From assembly GCF_028368995.1 (NCBI RefSeq), contig NZ_JAQNDL010000003.1, positions 1,664,001 through 1,728,000 of the forward strand: a stretch of 64,000 nt of DNA. Reading direction: 5' to 3'. Positions 49,123 to 57,970 of the stretch are shown piece after piece; positions within the stretch are counted from its first letter, which is position 1; every line of letters starts with the position of its first letter. Source of the DNA: Nannocystis bainbridge. Lineage in GTDB: Bacteria; Myxococcota_A; Polyangia; Nannocystales; Nannocystaceae. The notes beneath the pieces are model-generated. The model saw only the letters and a program-made list of their open reading frames with translations, made no database searches and was not told the origin of the DNA. The translations under genes were made by a program, and so were the position numbers.

Positions 49123-50367
49123 TCACGCCCGCGCAGGTGCGAAAACCCCACGTCGTCGCCGGCGCAGCCCCAGCAGCACCAGCCCGGCCCACGCCCACGA
49201 GCCCGCCGACCCGCCGCTGTCACAGCCGCAGCCGTCGCGCGTCGGCAGCTCCTCGGAGGTCGTCGCCGCATCACCGGTGGTATCGCCCGTGCTGCCGGTC
49301 GAGGCCGGCCCGCCCGTCGCCGAGGTGTCGATCGGCGCCTCGCCGCTGCTGCTGCTGACGCTGCCGGTGTCGTCGCTGCCGCCGTCGTCGCCGCAGCTCT
49401 CGTTGCCGATGAACGCGTTGGTGTCGCTGCAGCCGCCGCCGGTGGTGGTGGTGTCGCCGCTGCCCGGCAGCACGACCACCAGCGACCGCGGGAACGCCGA
49501 GAAGGTGCGCTGCATCGGGTCGGTCACGTCGATGCGCAGCGCCACCGTCTCGACCAGCGCCTCGGGCGGCGGCTTGAACGGCAGCTCGAGCGCCTCGCCG
49601 TCGATCGGCACGCCCTCGGCGAACGCATGCCACTCGAGACCGTCGCCGCCGGTCACCGCCCAGAACCCGCTCATCGTCGAGCCCGGCATGGTCCGCACGC
49701 AGCCTTGCAGCATCAGCGTGTCCTCACCGAACATGAAGTCGTCGGTGTTCATGATCGCCGCCGCCGGCGCGACCGCCGAGAGGTCGGGCCCGTCGACCAC
49801 GTGGATCACCCCGGGCCGCTTGCTCCAAATGTTGAACGCCGGCTCCCAGGTGTAGCCCTGCAGGATGTACGGCCCGGGCGCCAGCGCCGAGGTGTCCCAC
49901 TCGAAGCCCTTGTCCGCCTCGGCGAAGGTGATCGGCCGCCGCTCGTCGTCCTCGGTGACGCGGAAGAAGCAATCCTTGTAGATGTCGTGGGTCTCGAGCA
50001 CGTCCTGGTCGGTCGCGTCGGCCTTCTCGGAGATGCCCGCGGCGTCGGCGATGTCGACGTCCTTCCACGACAGCCACACCGGCAGCGGCTCCTGCGGGGT
50101 GTGATTGCGGCAGAAGGCGACGAACTGGTGGCGCCGGCTGTCGGCCACCTCGTCGGCGGTGACCATCGTGTCCTCCGCCGGGATCTCGTAGGGGAAGTGG
50201 ACGACCGCGCCCTGGCTGCGATCGATCACCGTCATGCAGGCGGTCTCGTCCGGCCACTGCACCGGCGTGCGCTCGTGGATCCCGTTGGCGGCCCGGGCCA
50301 GCGTCGGCGTGAGCAGCGCCGCGGCGACGGCGGACAGGCCGAGGATCCGGAGACGGGCGGAGCGCAT
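49123..50367 (-). CDS. Secreted MYXO-CTERM protein (paralog B)
   Basis: Signal peptide; colinear similarity to paralog A (CMTVIDRSQ, RRHQFVAFCR, GYTWEP, DPMQRT); C-terminal GCGC...LLGLRRRRR. Confidence 0.88.
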   Translation of the reverse strand: MRSARLRILGLSAVAAALLTPTLARAANGIHERTPVQWPDETACMTVIDRSQGAVVHFPYEIPAEDTMVTADEVADSRRHQFVAFCRNHTPQEPLPVWLSWKDVDIADAAGISEKADATDQDVLETHDIYKDCFFRVTEDDERRPITFAEADKGFEWDTSALAPGPYILQGYTWEPAFNIWSKRPGVIHVVDGPDLSAVAPAAAIMNTDDFMFGEDTLMLQGCVRTMPGSTMSGFWAVTGGDGLEWHAFAEGVPIDGEALELPFKPPPEALVETVALRIDVTDPMQRTFSAFPRSLVVVLPGSGDTTTTGGGCSDTNAFIGNESCGDDGGSDDTGSVSSSSGEAPIDTSATGGPASTGSTGDTTGDAATTSEELPTRDGCGCDSGGSAGSWAWAGLVLLGLRRRRRGVFAPARA

Positions 50368-50377
50368 CGCCGACAAT

Positions 50378-50578
50378 CTACTCCTGCGCCGGGCCCGCGG
50401 AAACCTCGCCGGCGACGAAGCGGGCGCAGCGCAGCACCGGCAGGCGCGGGTACTTGGGCCAGCTCGGGTCGTGGTCGTGCTCGGCGCAGCGCCAGAACGT
50501 CGAGCCGCGGGCCGAGTCGACCCGCCGGGCCGACACGCAGCGGGCGCACAGCCCCGGCGACGGTGAGACGACGGTCAC
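50378..50578 (-). CDS. Small Cys-rich hypothetical protein (putative metal-binding)
   Basis: GLCARC...RGSTFWRC...PKYPRLPVLRC; GTGA overlap with the upstream gene. Confidence 0.7.
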   Translation of the reverse strand: MTVVSPSPGLCARCVSARRVDSARGSTFWRCAEHDHDPSWPKYPRLPVLRCARFVAGEVSAGPAQE

Positions 50579-51180
50579 GATCCGCCCCGCTCGGCGGGCG
50601 GCAGGATGAGCTGCTCTTCATGGGCGAGGATCCCGAGCCCCACCGCGAGGCGGGCCGCCAGCATCGTCCGCCCGCTGACCTGCCCGCGCCGCAGCGCCGA
50701 GGCCCCGACCAGCAGGCCGATGCCCCACACCAGCAGCGCCGCCATCTGCGAGCCGCCCTGCAGCAGCGCGAAGCCGATCAGCCCGCTGGCGATCCAGATC
50801 AGCAGCACCATGCGGACCGCGCCCTGGACCGGCTCGCTGGCGTCCGCGGCCTGCCCGGCCACGCGCAGCTCGAACTCGCCCTCGACCACCCGCAGACCGA
50901 TCGAGTCGGGCCCGATCCGCAGGAACCGCAGCATCGGCTTGAGGCTGCGCAGCATCTCCTCGGCCCGCAGCACCGTGCGCCCGCGCAGCACGATCGCCCC
51001 GTCGGCCGGGTCGCGCTCCTGCAGCCCGCGGCGGAACCCCTCGGTGTAGAGGTCGATCGCCGTCTGCCCGACCGGCAGCCCGGCCTCGCGCGCGGCCGCG
51101 ACCTGCAGCGCGTGCTCGTCGCCGCGCCACGGCTGGTCCGTGCGGGCCAGCTGTCCCTTTGAACCTGCCTCTTGCGACAT
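50575..51180 (-). CDS. Hypothetical 2-TM membrane protein
   Basis: Two hydrophobic helices near C-terminus; lies directly downstream of coaD on the same strand. Confidence 0.7.
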   Translation of the reverse strand: MSQEAGSKGQLARTDQPWRGDEHALQVAAAREAGLPVGQTAIDLYTEGFRRGLQERDPADGAIVLRGRTVLRAEEMLRSLKPMLRFLRIGPDSIGLRVVEGEFELRVAGQAADASEPVQGAVRMVLLIWIASGLIGFALLQGGSQMAALLVWGIGLLVGASALRRGQVSGRTMLAARLAVGLGILAHEEQLILPPAERGGS

Positions 51181-51211
51181 GTCGTTCGAATCATGCATGA
51201 TCGGACATGTC
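51150..51211. repeat. 14-bp-period array overlapping a gene start
   Basis: GCTG 51150, CCTG 51164, CATG 51178, 51192, 51206. Confidence 0.8.
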
Positions 51212-51214
51212 CTC

Positions 51215-51739
51215 TCATTCGCCGCGCATGCGCCCGTGCATCGCCGCCGCCACCGGGCCCGGGACGTAGCGGGCGAAGTCGCCGCCGTGGCCGGCGATCT
51301 CGCGGACCAGCGAGCTCGAGACGAACTGGTGGGCCGGGCCGGGGATGAGGAACACGGTCTCGACCGCCGGCTGGAGGTCGCGGTTGGCGGACGCGATCTG
51401 GAACTCGGGTTCGAAGTCACCGTGCGCGCGCAGGCCGCGGACGATCACTCGCGCGCCCTGCTGCATGCAAAATTCGATCATGAGGCCGTCGAACTTGCTG
51501 GCGCGGGCCCGCGGCAGGTGGGCGATGCACTCGGCGATCAGGGCCACGCGCTCGTCGACGCTGAAGTAGCCGGTCTTGGTCGGGTGGCGCCCGACGGCGA
51601 CGATGACGTGGTCGAACAGCCGCAGCGCGCGCTCGACGATCTCGACGTGTCCGCTGGTGATCGGGTCGAACGAGCCGGGGTACACCGCCGTGAGCGGGCG
51701 CGGGAGTTCGGTCGACGAGCCGGGTTCGGTGGCTGACAC
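51215..51739 (-). CDS. coaD: Pantetheine-phosphate adenylyltransferase
   Basis: AVYPGSFDPITSGH, IVRGLR...DFEPE, VSSSLVREIA. Confidence 0.95.
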   Translation of the reverse strand: MSATEPGSSTELPRPLTAVYPGSFDPITSGHVEIVERALRLFDHVIVAVGRHPTKTGYFSVDERVALIAECIAHLPRARASKFDGLMIEFCMQQGARVIVRGLRAHGDFEPEFQIASANRDLQPAVETVFLIPGPAHQFVSSSLVREIAGHGGDFARYVPGPVAAAMHGRMRGE

Positions 51740-51760
51740 CGGCGCAGTATACTCCGCCGC

Positions 51761-52624
51761 ATGCTCCGTCCCGCACCGGCCGCCCTCGTCGCCCTGCTCG
51801 CCGCCGCCTGCGGTGGCACGCCGACCCCGCCGCCGCCGACCAAGGTCGAGGTCTCGTCGCACCCCGCGGAGATCCAGCCGCCCGAGCGCGACGTCCGGAA
51901 CCCGTTCCGCCGCGCCGATCGCGACCCGCCGCCGCCGCGCTCCGAGCCGCAGTTGCCCCCGGCCGAGCTCGGCCAGGCCCTCGCCGCCGCCGCCGCCGCG
52001 CGGGCCGCCGGCAACGACGTCGAGGTCACCCAGGCGCTGCTCCCGTGCGCCAACAAGATCCCCAAGAGCACCCGCTGCGAGGGCGAGCTGGCGCTCGTGC
52101 TCGCCAAGTCGGCCGGGCACAAGGCCGAGTCCGACTACTACCTCCAGCACGCGATCGCCGACGACGACCCCGCCGCCGACGCCGATTTTTACGGCCGTCT
52201 GGCCGCGGCGCTGCGGCTGGCGCCGATGCTGCCCGAGGCGGCGGTCGCGCTGCAGCGGCGCATCGCTCGCCTGCCCGAGCCGGCCGCGGCCGACTGGCTC
52301 GCCCTGGCCGAGGTGCTCCAGGGCCTGCCGCGGCGCGAGGCCGAGGCGGCCGAGGCGCTGCAGCGGGCCTTCGAGCGCGACCCCAGTCAGCTCAAGTACC
52401 TGGGCGACGCCGGCGAGCTGCTGTCGCAGGTCCCGGGCCGGGGTGCGGAAGCGCTCACCATCCTTCAACGCTACCGCGAATCGATCCGCACCACCGAGCC
52501 GGAGCTGCTCCCGGGCCTCGATCAGCGGATCGCGCAGGTCCAGGCCGAGTTGAACCCGCCGGCGGTCGCGCCGGGCACGGCGCCTGCGCACGCCAAGAGT
52601 GCGAAGCCAGCCACCCCGAAGTAA
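51761..52624 (+). CDS. TPR lipoprotein
   Basis: Lipobox LAAAC; helical TPR-like repeats. Confidence 0.8.
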   Translation: MLRPAPAALVALLAAACGGTPTPPPPTKVEVSSHPAEIQPPERDVRNPFRRADRDPPPPRSEPQLPPAELGQALAAAAAARAAGNDVEVTQALLPCANKIPKSTRCEGELALVLAKSAGHKAESDYYLQHAIADDDPAADADFYGRLAAALRLAPMLPEAAVALQRRIARLPEPAAADWLALAEVLQGLPRREAEAAEALQRAFERDPSQLKYLGDAGELLSQVPGRGAEALTILQRYRESIRTTEPELLPGLDQRIAQVQAELNPPAVAPGTAPAHAKSAKPATPK

Positions 52625-52708
52625 TCGCCGTCAATCGCGGCACCAGACCCCGCGGAAAGCGGCTTGTTTGACCAGTCGCCGCGCGGTGTGCGACCCTTGA
52701 GCGCCCCC

Positions 52709-55700
52709 GTGGACAATAAGCGCAACGGTTCCGGTCCTCCTCCGCCGCCGCGGAACGGAGGTCACAAGCCTCCGCCTCCGGGCCGACCGGCGACGTTTCA
52801 GTTCACTGACGACGACGACGACGCGCCCTTCCGCCCGCACGAGGCGGGGGAGAGCCTCCCCGAGCTGGCCGCCGACCTGGTCGACGACGAGGCTGCGCCC
52901 GAGGACGGCGATTTCGCCGATGCCAGCATGAGCCAGGATCGCCGCAGTCAGCCCTCGCCCTCGCCCTTGCGCGAGCGCCGCGGCGCGTTCCTCGACGACG
53001 GCGAGATCGCGCTCCCGCCTGGCCTCTCGCAGGTCGTGCGCAGTCAAGCCAGCCGCTTCCCCTTCCGCGACGTCGCCGACGACGACGACGAGCTGGGGGC
53101 CGCCTTGACCCCCGCCGACGACGAGCCGACCCCGCCGTGGGCCGACGACGACGACGACGACGCCCCGACCACCGCCATGCCGGTCCAGTCGTCGGCCGGC
53201 GCCGGTTCGAGCTGGCCCAAGGCACCTGTCCCGAAGGCCATCCGCGACGACGACGACGACGCCCCGATCGCCGACGCCGTCACCACCGTGAGGCGCCGGT
53301 TCGGCCACGAAGAAGACGACTTCACCGACCTCAACGAGCCCTCGCGCGCCCTCGCGGCCGCGAGGCGGCGCCCGCCTGCCGCCGAGCAGGACGCGCCGAC
53401 GCTCAAGCGCCGGGTCGACTCCGCGGCCGTGGGCGCCGCGCTCGACCGCTCCGGCCTGGCCCCCGCGCTCGAGGTCACCCTGCACCCGGTCGACGACGAG
53501 CCGTTGCCGCCGCCGCCGATCGCCGCCGCGCTCGACGACGACGAGACTCTTTCGCCGCTGATCGCCTCGGCCCAGAGCGGGGTCGCGTTCGCCCGCCCGA
53601 GCCTCGACGAGCCGGCTCCGCCGCCCGAGGAGTCCGAGGTCGACCAGCCGCTGTCCGCCTTGACTGTCCCTCGGGACAGGCGCCCCGGCACCCCGATCCA
53701 CGTCAGCGATCTCGACGACGACGACGACGACGAGCTCGGCGATCCCGGCGACAGCATGCTGGCCGCCCCGGTCAAGCTGGCGCCGCCGCCCCGCGAGCCG
53801 CTCGGCGAGCCGTTCCCGCTCGACCTGTGGAGCGACCCCGACGAGCTGATCGGCCGCGACATCGAGCGCTGGCGGCTCGTCAAGCCGCTCACCCACGGCA
53901 TCACCACCCGCGTCTACGCGGCCATCGACGAGCAGACCGACCGCCGCGTGGCGATCCGCGTGCTCGGCCCCGATCACTCGCCGGCCGGCCGCCGCGGCCG
54001 TCAGTTCCTCTACGAGGCCCAGCAGCTGGCCCGGCTGCGCCACGAATCTCTGGTCGAGGTGATCGACGCCGGCATCACCAGCGACCACCTCACCTACTAC
54101 GTGATGGAGCAGGTCGAGGGCGACTCGCTCGGCGCCGTGCTGCGGGCCGAGGGGCCGCTGCCGTGGCAGCAGGTGGCGATCCTCGTCACCCAGATCTGCG
54201 AGGCCCTGATCGTCGCCGCCGACAAGGGCGTGGTCGCCAGCGACCTCAACCTCGGCAGCGTCATTCGTCTGCACGCCGGCGACGACGAGGCCCGGCGGCG
54301 CCAGCCGATCAAGCTGCTCGACGTCGGCATCGCCCCGGTCGCCAGCATCTACCGCTCGCTCGACGGCAACCTCGTCGAGTCCAAGGGCACCCCGCCCGGC
54401 CACGCCGAGTACATGGCCCCCGAGCTGGCCAGCGGCGGCTTCCCGGGCGAGAGCACCTCGGTCTACGCCCTCGGCGTGATGATGTACGAGCTGCTCACCG
54501 GCCGGACCCCGTTCCGCGGCGACAGCTTCCTCTCGATCATCAAGAAGCAGATGTACGACGAGCCGAACGCGCCGCGGCTGGTCGTCCCGCAGCAGGACAT
54601 CGCCGAGCCGTTCGAGGACGTGGTCCTGCGCGCGCTGGCCAAGGACCCGTCGCGGCGCTACGGCTCGGTCCGCGAGCTGCACGAGGCCGTGCTGGCCGCC
54701 CGCGCCCGCGAGGGCGAGCTGCGCCGCGCCACCGCGATCCTCGCGCTCGACCCGACCGACTGGGACGAGGAGAGCGCCCGCAAGGCGGAGCCGTCCGAGC
54801 CGCGGGCCGCCCACGCCGACCCGACGCCGCTGGCGACCTTCACCGCCGACCTGCGCCAGCGCGACCCGGCCCTCGCCGCCGCCGTGCTCGACGGTCCGCC
54901 GCCACGCGCGGGCCAGGCCGCGCGCAGCGCCCCCGTGCCGCAGACGCGGAGCTCCGCGCGGTCGGAGCCGCGCGCCATCCCGATCCCGACCGCGCTGCGC
55001 AGCGCCTCGCCCTCGGGCTCGATGTCGTCGTCGCGGCCCGAGCCGAGCATGATCCTCGCGCACCTGGCCCCGCCGATCCGCGCGCCCGAGCCGGTGCTGC
55101 CGCGGCCGAAGACCGCGCCGCTGCCGGTCATCGTCGTCGCCCCGCCGTCGGCCGCCGCGCCCGCGCCGAACTTCGTGCGCAACGTCAGCGTCGCCGTCAT
55201 CCTCGGCGCCGCGCTGCTGTTCCTCGTCATCCTCGTGTCGCGGCGTCAGAACCCGCCCCCGCGCAAGGACGACGCCGTCGCCGAGGGCCCGCGGCGGGCC
55301 AAGGACAAGGAAGCCCCGCGGTCGAAGAAATCGGCGCGAGACGCCCGCAAGCAGACCGCCGACGAGCCCGAGCCGATCGTCGTCGGCGCCTCCGGGGTCG
55401 TGCCTCAACCTGTCCCCGAGGCCAGCCCGCCGCAACCTGTCCCCGAGGCCATCCCCGAGCCGTCACCTGTCCCCGAGGCCATCCCGCAGCCGACGGTGGT
55501 GACGCCCGAGCCCCCGCCGCCCGCCAAGGTCGAGCCGCCCCCGCCCGCCAAGGTCGAGCCCCCGCCCCCGGCCAAGGTCGAGCCGCCCCCGCCCGCCAAG
55601 AGCGAGCCGGTCGCCAAGACCGAGCCCAAGCCCAAGCCCAAGCCCAAGCCGCCGGCCAGCGACCTGCCGCTGCGCATCGAGCCCATCCGCCTCAAGTCCT

Positions 55701-55933
55701 ACTTCACAGCGATGGAGCCGCGCGTGGTCAAGGCCTGCTCGACCTTCCCCGGCTCGGCCGGCGCCCGCGTGTCGGTCAAGATCACCGTCGACGTGCACGG
55801 CAACGTCAAGGCCGTCGCCCAGGACAAGGCCAAGGGCACCCCGCTCGGCAACTGCGTCGAGAACTTCGTCGAGTCGAGCCGCTTCAACGAGACGCAACAG
55901 GGCGGCTCACGCCTGCACATGTTCGGGTTCTAG
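52709..55933 (+). CDS. Membrane Ser/Thr kinase-like protein (probable pseudokinase)
   Basis: Acidic disordered N-terminus; kinase fold with YYVMEQVEG, EYMAPE, LLTGRTPF; TM; PPPPAKVE repeats; TonB-C-like C-terminal domain. Confidence 0.85.
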   Translation: MDNKRNGSGPPPPPRNGGHKPPPPGRPATFQFTDDDDDAPFRPHEAGESLPELAADLVDDEAAPEDGDFADASMSQDRRSQPSPSPLRERRGAFLDDGEIALPPGLSQVVRSQASRFPFRDVADDDDELGAALTPADDEPTPPWADDDDDDAPTTAMPVQSSAGAGSSWPKAPVPKAIRDDDDDAPIADAVTTVRRRFGHEEDDFTDLNEPSRALAAARRRPPAAEQDAPTLKRRVDSAAVGAALDRSGLAPALEVTLHPVDDEPLPPPPIAAALDDDETLSPLIASAQSGVAFARPSLDEPAPPPEESEVDQPLSALTVPRDRRPGTPIHVSDLDDDDDDELGDPGDSMLAAPVKLAPPPREPLGEPFPLDLWSDPDELIGRDIERWRLVKPLTHGITTRVYAAIDEQTDRRVAIRVLGPDHSPAGRRGRQFLYEAQQLARLRHESLVEVIDAGITSDHLTYYVMEQVEGDSLGAVLRAEGPLPWQQVAILVTQICEALIVAADKGVVASDLNLGSVIRLHAGDDEARRRQPIKLLDVGIAPVASIYRSLDGNLVESKGTPPGHAEYMAPELASGGFPGESTSVYALGVMMYELLTGRTPFRGDSFLSIIKKQMYDEPNAPRLVVPQQDIAEPFEDVVLRALAKDPSRRYGSVRELHEAVLAARAREGELRRATAILALDPTDWDEESARKAEPSEPRAAHADPTPLATFTADLRQRDPALAAAVLDGPPPRAGQAARSAPVPQTRSSARSEPRAIPIPTALRSASPSGSMSSSRPEPSMILAHLAPPIRAPEPVLPRPKTAPLPVIVVAPPSAAAPAPNFVRNVSVAVILGAALLFLVILVSRRQNPPPRKDDAVAEGPRRAKDKEAPRSKKSARDARKQTADEPEPIVVGASGVVPQPVPEASPPQPVPEAIPEPSPVPEAIPQPTVVTPEPPPPAKVEPPPPAKVEPPPPAKVEPPPPAKSEPVAKTEPKPKPKPKPPASDLPLRIEPIRLKSYFTAMEPRVVKACSTFPGSAGARVSVKITVDVHGNVKAVAQDKAKGTPLGNCVENFVESSRFNETQQGGSRLHMFGF

Positions 55934-56839
55934 CGGCCCGTCACGCCACGTCCAGGTCGCCGGATCCCACACGGCGGCCTGCGCTTCACGACCCAGCACC
56001 GGTCCGAGGAACGCCCGCACCGCGGCGGTCACCTCGGGCAGCGTGGGCCACGGCAACTCGTGCTGGCGCGCCATCCGGGCGTACGGCGCTTCCCACGGGT
56101 CGGGCGGATCGGGGAACGTCTCCAGCAACGGGTGCGTGCGGCGAAACGAGAACGTCAGCTCGAGCGCCGCGAGCAGGCGGGCCCTTTCGACGGCCCGGAC
56201 GCTCGCCAGCAACGCCAGGTCCGGGAGATCCTTGACCCGCGAGTTCATGCGCGTTCGCGGCAACGTATAAGCATGCAGCTTCTCGGCGACGTGCGTCTCG
56301 AGCGGATAAACCCGGAAGCTCGCCCGCGACACGCCGATGAAGGCCAGCGCGTCCTCGCCGGCGACCACCTCGGGCTCGCCCAGGCTCGGCTCGCCGAAGA
56401 CCACATCGACCCCGAACGGATCGGCGAACGGCTGCCCCGACAGGCTGCATTCGACCCTGAATCGCCTCCCGCCGTGAATCGCCCCGTCCGCCACGATCTC
56501 CGGGTGCTCGGGATCCTCGTGGAGCTCGAAGCGAAAGAAGTCACCCAGATCGTGAACCACCGCGGCGCGGAGCTTCGCCTGCAAATCCTCAGCGTCACCC
56601 ACCCACCGCAGGTCGACGTCCCTCGTCGCCCGCGCGCGTTCGATCCGCAGCTCGAGCGCGAACCCTCCTTTCAAGGTCACGGTCGCGGGGTACGCCGCGA
56701 AGATCCGCGCCAGGAACCGCTCGAACACCAGCCGCTGTCGCTGTCGCGTCAACGGGACCCTTTGGGTCGCCGCGGCCCGCAGCCGCGTGTCCAGGGCCTG
56801 CTTGAAGCCGAGCGCAGAATCGTACTTCTTGACGCTCAT
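55907..56839 (-). CDS. abiEii: AbiEii-type nucleotidyltransferase toxin
   Basis: LKGGFALELR, RATRDVDL, AEKLHA, SRVKDLPDL. Confidence 0.9.
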   Translation of the reverse strand: MSVKKYDSALGFKQALDTRLRAAATQRVPLTRQRQRLVFERFLARIFAAYPATVTLKGGFALELRIERARATRDVDLRWVGDAEDLQAKLRAAVVHDLGDFFRFELHEDPEHPEIVADGAIHGGRRFRVECSLSGQPFADPFGVDVVFGEPSLGEPEVVAGEDALAFIGVSRASFRVYPLETHVAEKLHAYTLPRTRMNSRVKDLPDLALLASVRAVERARLLAALELTFSFRRTHPLLETFPDPPDPWEAPYARMARQHELPWPTLPEVTAAVRAFLGPVLGREAQAAVWDPATWTWRDGPLEPEHVQA

Positions 56840-57414
56840 GGATCGAGCCCGCCGTAGGGGAGCAGCGCTCGCTCGACCTCGCCGATTGCTTCGCGGTCCA
56901 CAAGCCCGCGCCGAAGTGCTTGCATCGCAGCCTGCTTTAGCAGCTCCGGCGAGACAGCGCCCGCCGCACAATCTCGCAGCGTGCGGACCACCGACGTCAC
57001 GGGCACGGCTCCGAACCACTGCCGCTCCTCCGGCGGCACCTCGTCATACGCGACGACCACCCCGTCCGGGCCTCTTCGCCGGCGCCAGCGGATCGGCAAC
57101 GTGATGTGGATGTTCGCGGGCAGGACATCGGAGAGGCGATGCAGCGCCAGCGCGGTCTCATGGGAGAACACGCCCTCGCGATCCGACTGCAACCAGATCT
57201 CTGCCAGCTCCTCGTGCTCGCCCACCGGATAGCGGACGAGGCGGTACACGGCCCGGCGGGGCCGTCGCACGTGCCCGCGGTGGAGATGCGCCTGCAGGTT
57301 CGGCCGCGAAATCCCGGCCGACTGCGCCTGGTCGACCGAAAAGTAGCCGTCCTGCGCGGCCGCGATCTCGAACAGCCGGTCCCAGTCGGGCCCCCCCTCC
57401 TCGCGCCGCCGCAT
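56836..57414 (-). CDS. abiEi: AbiEi-type antitoxin / transcriptional regulator
   Basis: AAAQDGYF, GVFSHETALALH, VPVTSVVRTLRD; ATGA overlap with the toxin. Confidence 0.9.
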   Translation of the reverse strand: MRRREEGGPDWDRLFEIAAAQDGYFSVDQAQSAGISRPNLQAHLHRGHVRRPRRAVYRLVRYPVGEHEELAEIWLQSDREGVFSHETALALHRLSDVLPANIHITLPIRWRRRRGPDGVVVAYDEVPPEERQWFGAVPVTSVVRTLRDCAAGAVSPELLKQAAMQALRRGLVDREAIGEVERALLPYGGLDP

Positions 57415-57525
57415 GCAGAAACGTTAAATCCGATTGAACTTTTCTGCAAAGCGCGACTCACCCGTGCAGAATTGTTCAATGGCATTTTACTTTTCTGTAT
57501 CTCCAAACTCACAAAGCGCAATATC
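57414..57525 (-). promoter_or_regulatory. AT-rich abiE promoter with inverted repeats
   Basis: TGCAGAAA (57414) and TTTCTGCA (57441), plus TGCAGAA (57465), directly upstream of abiEi. Confidence 0.6.
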
Positions 57526-57617
57526 GCGCGTCTACACCCCTGCTCGATATCGCGCTGTGCGCGCCGAGGAATCTGTCCTGGCCGCCTTCGCCACCTGTCC
57601 CGAAGGACATCCCGACT

Positions 57618-57944
57618 TCACGGCCGATCGCGGATCAGCCTGAACACCAGCCGGTGTCCCTCGCCTGCATCCGGTCGCCAGCCGTCTGCCAGCGCCTGCC
57701 TCACCATCACGCGCACCATCCCCGGCTTCACCGCCGTCTTGTGCGAATGCACCTTGTTTTCGCAGCGCATCAATCCCGTGTCGACCATCAGCACTGCCCG
57801 GGACGGCGGCACTACTCGCTGGATCGCCACTGTCATGCCGCCCTGGCCCTCCGCTTGCGCCGGGGTCGGCCCCGGGCGGATCGTCCACGCATAGACCTCC
57901 TCGCCGACCTCGACCTTGCGGCTGCCGCGGGACCTGATGCTCAC
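57618..57944 (-). CDS. Hypothetical protein (108 aa)
   Basis: GTG start; GSRKVEVGEEVYAWTIR...VRQALADGWRP reads as a plausible globular protein. Confidence 0.6.
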   Translation of the reverse strand: MSIRSRGSRKVEVGEEVYAWTIRPGPTPAQAEGQGGMTVAIQRVVPPSRAVLMVDTGLMRCENKVHSHKTAVKPGMVRVMVRQALADGWRPDAGEGHRLVFRLIRDRP

Positions 57945-57970
57945 CGCACCAGCATCGCCGATGCGCCCGC

